DNA of 23,376 nucleotides from a candidate division WOR-3 bacterium (GTDB lineage Bacteria; Hydrothermota; Hydrothermia; LBFQ01; DSFT01): NCBI GenBank assembly GCA_965649115.1, contig CBFGJN010000027.1, positions 1 to 23,376 of the forward strand, read 5' to 3'. Shown piece by piece: positions 18,354 to 23,376 of this stretch (position 1 is its first letter; each line of letters starts with the position of its first letter). The notes under the pieces were generated by a model. It saw only the letters and a program-made list of their open reading frames with translations, ran no database searches and was not told where the DNA came from. The position numbers and the translations under genes were made by a program.

Positions 18354-20262
18354 TTTTTATCTCTTCAAGGCATTCTGGATTTACAAGAGATGAAATATCA
18401 CCAAGAGGTTCATTTAAATAAGCATTCCTTATAACTCTTCTCATTATTTTGGCATTTCTGGTTTTAGGTAAATCTGAAACAAAATAAATTTCTTTTAATG
18501 CAAATGCTTTTCCCATCTTCTTAATAACAATATCCTTGATTTCTTCTTTTATTTTCTCTAAATTTTCTTCTTTTCCTTTCAAAACAACAAAAGCAACTGG
18601 CACTTGTCCTTTAATTTCATCAGGAATTCCAATAACTGCACTTTCTTTAACCTTTGGATGCTCAACAATAATAGTTTCAATTTCAGCGGGTCCTACTCTT
18701 TTTCCTGCTATTTTTAGGGTATCATCAGCTCTTCCAAGAATATAATAAAATCCATCTTCATCAATATATGCTAAATCTCCATGATACCAAACATCTTTAA
18801 ACTTACTCCAATAAGTTTCAATATATCTTTCATTCTCTTCATAAAAACCTCTTGTCATACCAGGATTTAAATTTCTAACAACAAGATAACCTATTTCTTC
18901 TCTTATTGAATTTCCATTCTCGTCAAAAACATCAGCAAAAACACCAGGATTTGGACTATTAAAACTCATAGGTTTAAGTGGTTTAATAACAACACATCCA
19001 AGAATTCCACCCGATATTTCAGTCCCACCTGAATAATTTATAATTGGAATCTTACTTTTGCCAATTTCTCTCAATGTCCACCTCCAAGGTTCAACATTCC
19101 AAGGTTCTCCTGTTGAACCAATAATTCTTAAAGAGCTTAAATCATATTTGTTAGGATTTGATTTTGGCATAATACTCCTTATAATTGTAGGAGAAATACC
19201 AACAATTGTTATTTTATGCTTATCAATAAGTTCAAAAATTCTATTTTCATTTGGATAATCAATAGCACCATCGTAAATAAAAATTGTTGAATGATTAATT
19301 AATCCTCCAAATATAAGCCAAGGTCCCATCATCCAACCAATATCTGTAATCCAAGTAATAATATCTTTTTCTTTTATATCAAATAAATGAAACATATCTT
19401 GTGCTGACTTTATTGGGAATCCATTATGGGTATGAAAAGCACCTTTCGGTCTTCCCGTAGTTCCAGATGTATAAATGATCATAATTGGTTTTTCGCTATC
19501 AAATGATTTTGGTTCAAATTTTTCATCCTTACAAACTTCATCCCAAAGATAATCTCTATTTTTAATTAAATTTAATTCAATTCCTAAATTTTTATAAACA
19601 ATAACAAACTTAACGCTTTCACAATCCAATAAAGCTCTATCAAGAATATCTTTCATTCTAATAATTTTTCCTCTTCTTTTGAATCCATCAGCAGTTATAA
19701 CTGCTTTTGCTTTTGATATATTCAATCTTAATTTAATTGGCTCCTCACTAAAACCTGAAAATAGAGGAACAGCTATTGCTCCAATTCTACTTATTGCTAA
19801 AAGACTTATAACAACTTCAGGAATAAATGGTAAGTATATAGCAATTCTATCACCTTCATTTACACCTAAATTTAAAAGTGCATTTGATAACTTATTAACT
19901 TCTTTAAGAAGCTCACCATAAGTATAAATTCTTACTACCCCTTCCTCGTTCTCTGATATTAAAGCAATTTTATTTAGATTATTATAATCAAGGCAGTTTT
20001 TTGATATGTTCAATTTTCCATTTAAAAACCATTTCGGAAATTCCTTACCATTTGAAATATCAATAACTTTATCAAAATCTCTATCCCATTTAAAATCTAT
20101 ATCTTTAAAAAACCTTCTCCAAAACCATTCATAATCGCTAAACGATTTTTCCAAGAAAGCTTCATAGGTCAAGTTTTCATCTTTTAAAATTTTATATATA
20201 TTGCTGTTTCTTATGATTTCATCTGTTGGTTCCCATTCAACCTTCAAGTTTAATTCCTTCAT
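18343..20262 (-). CDS. acs: Acetate/acyl-CoA ligase (AMP-forming, Acs family)
   Basis: YTSGTTGRPKG, DIGWMMG, GSTGEPWN, GRADDTLKIAGKRVGPAEIE, LPKTRNAKIMRR. Confidence 0.88.
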   Translation of the reverse strand: MKELNLKVEWEPTDEIIRNSNIYKILKDENLTYEAFLEKSFSDYEWFWRRFFKDIDFKWDRDFDKVIDISNGKEFPKWFLNGKLNISKNCLDYNNLNKIALISENEEGVVRIYTYGELLKEVNKLSNALLNLGVNEGDRIAIYLPFIPEVVISLLAISRIGAIAVPLFSGFSEEPIKLRLNISKAKAVITADGFKRRGKIIRMKDILDRALLDCESVKFVIVYKNLGIELNLIKNRDYLWDEVCKDEKFEPKSFDSEKPIMIIYTSGTTGRPKGAFHTHNGFPIKSAQDMFHLFDIKEKDIITWITDIGWMMGPWLIFGGLINHSTIFIYDGAIDYPNENRIFELIDKHKITIVGISPTIIRSIMPKSNPNKYDLSSLRIIGSTGEPWNVEPWRWTLREIGKSKIPIINYSGGTEISGGILGCVVIKPLKPMSFNSPNPGVFADVFDENGNSIREEIGYLVVRNLNPGMTRGFYEENERYIETYWSKFKDVWYHGDLAYIDEDGFYYILGRADDTLKIAGKRVGPAEIETIIVEHPKVKESAVIGIPDEIKGQVPVAFVVLKGKEENLEKIKEEIKDIVIKKMGKAFALKEIYFVSDLPKTRNAKIMRRVIRNAYLNEPLGDISSLVNPECLEEIKNVK

Positions 20263-20268
20263 AGTTAA

Positions 20269-20274
20269 ATTTTA
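20269..20274 (-). promoter_or_regulatory. Putative -10 box (TAAAAT) 6 nt before the acs ATG
   Basis: Minus strand reads CTTTAAAATTTAACT-ATG; no SD. Confidence 0.6.
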
Positions 20275-20295
20275 AAGTTCAAGATCTATACTAAA

Positions 20296-20400
20296 TGGTT
20301 CGTCCAATAAATAGCGTCAAGTCCTCGTTAATCAATAACTTATAAAAAATATGCTTGGAACTACTTCGCCCCCCAAAAGGCAAAAAATTGGGTATTTATA
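20296..20400 (-). mobile_element. Degenerate, truncated MITE copy (right TIR kept)
   Basis: TGGTTCGTCCAATAAAT is a TIR variant; followed by a degenerate palindrome and GCCCCCCAAAAGGCAAAAAATTGGGTATTTATA. Confidence 0.7.
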
Positions 20401-20410
20401 GGGAATGTAT

Positions 20411-20575
20411 AGCTTTGCCTAGCAAATAGTGTTAAGTGATTGATAGTCAATAACTTATAAAATTTTTAAAGAAATTATTGATTTTATGGGGGATTATAGG
20501 GGGGCGAAGCCTTATTTTCAGGGTGGGCGGGCAAAATGAGAAATAATCTATATTTCAGAATTACTAGACAAGGCA
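20411..20575 (-). mobile_element. MITE copy (165 bp)
   Basis: AGCTTTGCCTAGCAAAT...ATTACTAGACAAGGCA. One end matches the reverse complement of the 4030-4197 right end; the other matches the left end of 135-297. Confidence 0.88.
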
Positions 20576-20584
20576 ATTTTCTAC

Positions 20585-20790
20585 TGCTTTGTCCAATAAT
20601 TATTGTTAAGCGATTGATAATCAATAATTTATAAAATTTTTAAGGAAATTGTTGATTTATTGGGGGGATTATTAGGGGGGCTCTGCCCCCCCAAAGGCAA
20701 AAAACGGGTATTTATAAGCCGAAGGCTTTTATTTAGGGCGGGTGGGAAAAATAAGAAATAATTATACTTCCAGAATTACTAGACACAGCA
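20585..20790 (-). mobile_element. Longest MITE copy (206 bp, all modules)
   Basis: TGCTTTGTCCAATAAT...ATTACTAGACACAGCA; contains the palindrome (20607-20631), the G/C hairpin, AAGCCGAAGGCTT and GGGCGGGTGGG. Confidence 0.9.
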
Positions 20791-20804
20791 TATACTAAAT
20801 GGTT

Positions 20805-20810
20805 TAAAAT
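20805..20810 (+). promoter_or_regulatory. Putative -10 box (TAAAAT) 9 nt before the mscS TTG
   Basis: GTTTAAAATTTTAAACTT-TTG; no SD. Confidence 0.55.
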
Positions 20811-20819
20811 TTTAAACTT

Positions 20820-21779
20820 TTGGAAACAATTTTAAAAATTTCAATAATTCTCACAATAGCTTTTGTAGTATTTATAATTTTAAGGTCATTTTTTTTATTT
20901 ATTTTTAGAAGTTCTTTCTATTTTGATATTTTAAGAAGAATTTTTGGATTTGGAAGTATATTAGCAATACTGTCTTTTTTGACCTATTTGTTCTTTCATT
21001 TCTCTCAATTTAAATATGGAATAATTTTTGAAAAGTTATATGCTTCAATTTTTGTTTTTTCATTAGCATTAGTTATATCAAATTTAACTATTGGATTTTT
21101 AAAAATTTATGTTAGATCAAAAAATATCATTTTACCTCCCTCGGAATTTGTTTTTGACATCATAAAATTAATTTTCTATACTTTGGGATTTATTACAATT
21201 TTGAATATTTGGAATGTGCCTATTATACATTTTATTACAACATTTGGTATTGGAGCACTTGCCATTTCTCTTGCATTACAAGGAACACTTTCAAACTTCT
21301 TTGCAGGTCTAAACATTATTATATCAAAAAATTTAGAAATAGGTGATTGCGTTAAACTTGAAAATGGCGAAGAAGGAACAATATCAGACATAACCTGGTT
21401 AAATACAATTATCAAAAAACCTGATGGAACATATATTATCATCCCGAATTTAAGGCTTTTTAATTCTATACTAATAAATTATAAGAATTTGAAAGATTTA
21501 AAAATTATTTCACTACCAATAAAAATTAGCTATTTTAATGACATTAAAAAAATTGAAAAAATTACATTAGAAGTTCTTGAAGAAATTTATAATAATTCAA
21601 CTAACATTGATAAAAGCTTTAAACCATCTTTTAAATTCCTTGAATTTGCAGATAATTATATTCGTTTTAATGTTTATCTTAAAGTTTTAAATTATCAAAA
21701 TAAGGAAGCATTAATTGATGAATTTTTAAGAAAGTTGAAAGAAAGATATGATAGAGAAAGTGTAATTTGGTACATTTAG
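20820..21779 (+). CDS. mscS: Small-conductance mechanosensitive channel family protein
   Basis: Multiple TM helices; GIGALAISLALQGTLSNFFAG, IGDCVKL, IIIPN. Confidence 0.92.
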   Translation: METILKISIILTIAFVVFIILRSFFLFIFRSSFYFDILRRIFGFGSILAILSFLTYLFFHFSQFKYGIIFEKLYASIFVFSLALVISNLTIGFLKIYVRSKNIILPPSEFVFDIIKLIFYTLGFITILNIWNVPIIHFITTFGIGALAISLALQGTLSNFFAGLNIIISKNLEIGDCVKLENGEEGTISDITWLNTIIKKPDGTYIIIPNLRLFNSILINYKNLKDLKIISLPIKISYFNDIKKIEKITLEVLEEIYNNSTNIDKSFKPSFKFLEFADNYIRFNVYLKVLNYQNKEALIDEFLRKLKERYDRESVIWYI

Positions 21780-21948
21780 TGCTTTGCCCAATAAATGATA
21801 ATAAGTCCTTGATTATCAATAACTTACAGAAATTTTAAGAAAATTATTGATTTAAAGGGGGGATTTGCCCCCCATAGCCTAAAAATGGGCATTTATAAGC
21901 AGAAGGCTTAAATTCAGGCTAGAACTTTCAGAATTATTGGACAAAGCG
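21780..21948 (-). mobile_element. Single MITE copy (169 bp) with perfect 9 bp TSD
   Basis: TGCTTTGCCCAATAA...TTATTGGACAAAGCG; TACATTTAG at 21771-21779 and 21949-21957. Confidence 0.92.
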
Positions 21949-21953
21949 TACAT

Positions 21954-22943
21954 TTAGTTATTTTTAGTTTGATTTATACTTAAAAGCTTTATATAAAGAT
22001 TTTCAATATCTGTAGGAAATGGGACTTCAAAAGTCATTTCTTCATTTTTTGAAGGATGAATAAAAGATAATTTGTACGCATGAAGTGCTTGTCTATTTAT
22101 TGTATTTAAAATTTCATTTACAATTTCTTTATATACTGATGGAACTATTCTAAAAATTTTTCTTGTATCTCTACCACTGTAAACTTCATCTCCAATTATA
22201 GGATAACCTAAGTATTCCATATGGACTCTTATCTGATGTGTTCTTCCAGTATCAAGTTTAAGTTCTAATAGTGAAGCAATTTCTGAAAATTTTTTTAAAA
22301 CTCTATAATGTGTAATAGCTATTTTTGAATTTAATGGTGTTATCGTCATTCTCTTCCTATCAACGGGATGCCTCCCAATAGGTGCTATAATTGTTCCTTT
22401 ATCTTTTATACTCGTTCCCCAAACGAAAGCCTTATAATATCTTTTCATAATTCTTTTTTGAATTTGTTCTGCTAAAATTTTAACTGAATTTTGTGTTTTA
22501 GCAATAACCATTAATCCACTTGTATCTTTATCAAGTCTATGAACAATCCCTGGCCTTTTTCTATCTGTTTGAAATTCTAATAATTTTTTTAAAACAGCAT
22601 TTACTATCGTTCCTCTAAAATGTCCTTTTGCAGGATGAACAACAATACCAGGTGGCTTATTTATAACAATTATTTCATCATCCTCATAAACGATTGGTAT
22701 TTCAATATCCTCTGGAATTATTTCTTTTTCTTCCTCAACTTCATACTCAACGAAAATAAAATCACCTGCTTTAACTTTATATGATGGTTTATCAATTACT
22801 TTGTTATTAACTTTAACTTTCCCTTCCTTTATAAGTTCATTAACCTTACTTCTAGAAAGTCCTATCCCACTAATGGTTAAATAAATATCAAGTCTTTTAC
22901 CTTCACTATCCTTTTGAACTTTTCTTTCAAATGTCTTAATCAT
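21954..22943 (-). CDS. rluD: 23S rRNA pseudouridine synthase RluD
   Basis: N-terminal S4 domain (RLDIYL...SRS), NKPPGIVVHP, RPGIVHRLDKDTSG, TGRTHQIRVH, RQALHA. Confidence 0.93.
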   Translation of the reverse strand: MIKTFERKVQKDSEGKRLDIYLTISGIGLSRSKVNELIKEGKVKVNNKVIDKPSYKVKAGDFIFVEYEVEEEKEIIPEDIEIPIVYEDDEIIVINKPPGIVVHPAKGHFRGTIVNAVLKKLLEFQTDRKRPGIVHRLDKDTSGLMVIAKTQNSVKILAEQIQKRIMKRYYKAFVWGTSIKDKGTIIAPIGRHPVDRKRMTITPLNSKIAITHYRVLKKFSEIASLLELKLDTGRTHQIRVHMEYLGYPIIGDEVYSGRDTRKIFRIVPSVYKEIVNEILNTINRQALHAYKLSFIHPSKNEEMTFEVPFPTDIENLYIKLLSINQTKNN

Positions 22944-22951
22944 AGTTTAAA

Positions 22952-22957
22952 ATTTTA
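22952..22957 (-). promoter_or_regulatory. Putative -10 box (TAAAAT) 8 nt before the rluD ATG
   Basis: Minus strand reads CCTTTAAAATTTTAAACT-ATG; no SD. Confidence 0.6.
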
Positions 22958-22978
22958 AAGGCAGAACCTTATCTTTTG

Positions 22979-23155
22979 TGTTTTGTCTAAGAATTCTGAA
23001 ATATAGATTGTTTCTATTCTTTGCCCGCCCACCCTGTAATTAAGCCTTCGGCTTAAACTTCGCCCCCTTAATCCCCCCATTATTTCAAGTATTTCAATGA
23101 ATTTTTTATAAGTAATTGATTATCAATCACTTAACAATAATTATTAGACAAAGCA
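22979..23155 (+). mobile_element. MITE copy (177 bp)
   Basis: TGTTTTGTCTAAGAAT...ATTATTAGACAAAGCA; hairpin AAGCCTTCGGCTT at 23042-23054; palindrome at 23109-23133. Confidence 0.88.
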
Positions 23156-23164
23156 TTATAGATT

Positions 23165-23265
23165 TGCTGTGTCTAATAATTCTAAAAATATGATTCTACC
23201 CTGAATTTAAGTCCTCGGCTTATAAGCTTTGTCCCCCTTAAAGCCGCCATAAAAACAATAATTTC
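23165..23265 (+). mobile_element. Decayed MITE copy (left TIR kept), 9 bp after the previous copy
   Basis: Starts TGCTGTGTCTAATAATTC; degenerate AAGTCCTCGGCTT; right boundary approximate. Confidence 0.7.
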
Positions 23266-23294
23266 AAACAGATTTTTAAATATAATTACTTTTT

Positions 23295-23375
23295 TTAAAA
23301 CTTTGCAATTGAAAATGAAAATAAACTAATTAAACTTGCTTCAATTGAAGCATATCTTTTTATTAAATCTTCAAT
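23295..23375 (-). CDS. Probable 3' end of a gene running in from beyond the window
   Basis: Open minus-strand frame IEDLIKRYASIEASLISLFSFSIAKF ending at TAA (23295-23297); too short to identify. Confidence 0.4.
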   Translation of the reverse strand: MEDLIKRYASIEASLISLFSFSIAKF

Positions 23376-23376
23376 T

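Noticed and set aside
20780..20810. TAGACA in the TIR acting as an outward-facing -35 box
   Set aside because: Spacing to the -10 box is 19 nt at mscS and 26-27 nt at the other promoters, outside the usual 16-18 nt.
23337..23361. Palindrome TGCTTCAATTGAAGCA followed by TATCTTTT as the right TIR/TSD of the 22979 array
   Set aside because: It resembles the left flank TATCTTTTG but lies in the probable minus-strand coding frame and lacks the GACAAAGCA TIR; likely chance.

Overview
Very AT-rich, tightly packed bacterial chromosome segment with mostly overlapping or abutting genes. Genes: apbE, ileS, rpiB, a lipoprotein, an orphan Wzc-like tyrosine kinase, a patatin, a CAAX/CPBP protease, a minus-strand run (PLP Cys/Met enzyme, tsaB, rimI, ispE, Rieske, cytochrome b, pentaheme cytochrome c, menG), acs coupled to a putative type II restriction-modification pair, mscS and rluD. 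The most striking feature is non-coding. All seven intergenic gaps longer than 100 bp hold copies of one non-autonomous MITE-like element, about 14 copies or fragments, with intact copies 138-206 bp. It has terminal inverted repeats TGCTTTGTCYARTAAT, 8-9 bp target-site duplications, a covarying GAA/TTC mini-hairpin and a 25 bp palindrome. It forms head-to-tail arrays by re-using the same target. One copy sits in the overlap of two convergent stop codons and leaves both intact. At four independent promoters the element end lies 21-22 bp upstream of a TAAAAT -10 box, and those boxes lie 6-9 nt before the start codon (a leaderless-mRNA signature), suggesting promoter-anchored targeting. No transposase, tRNA, rRNA or CRISPR array was seen in the window.
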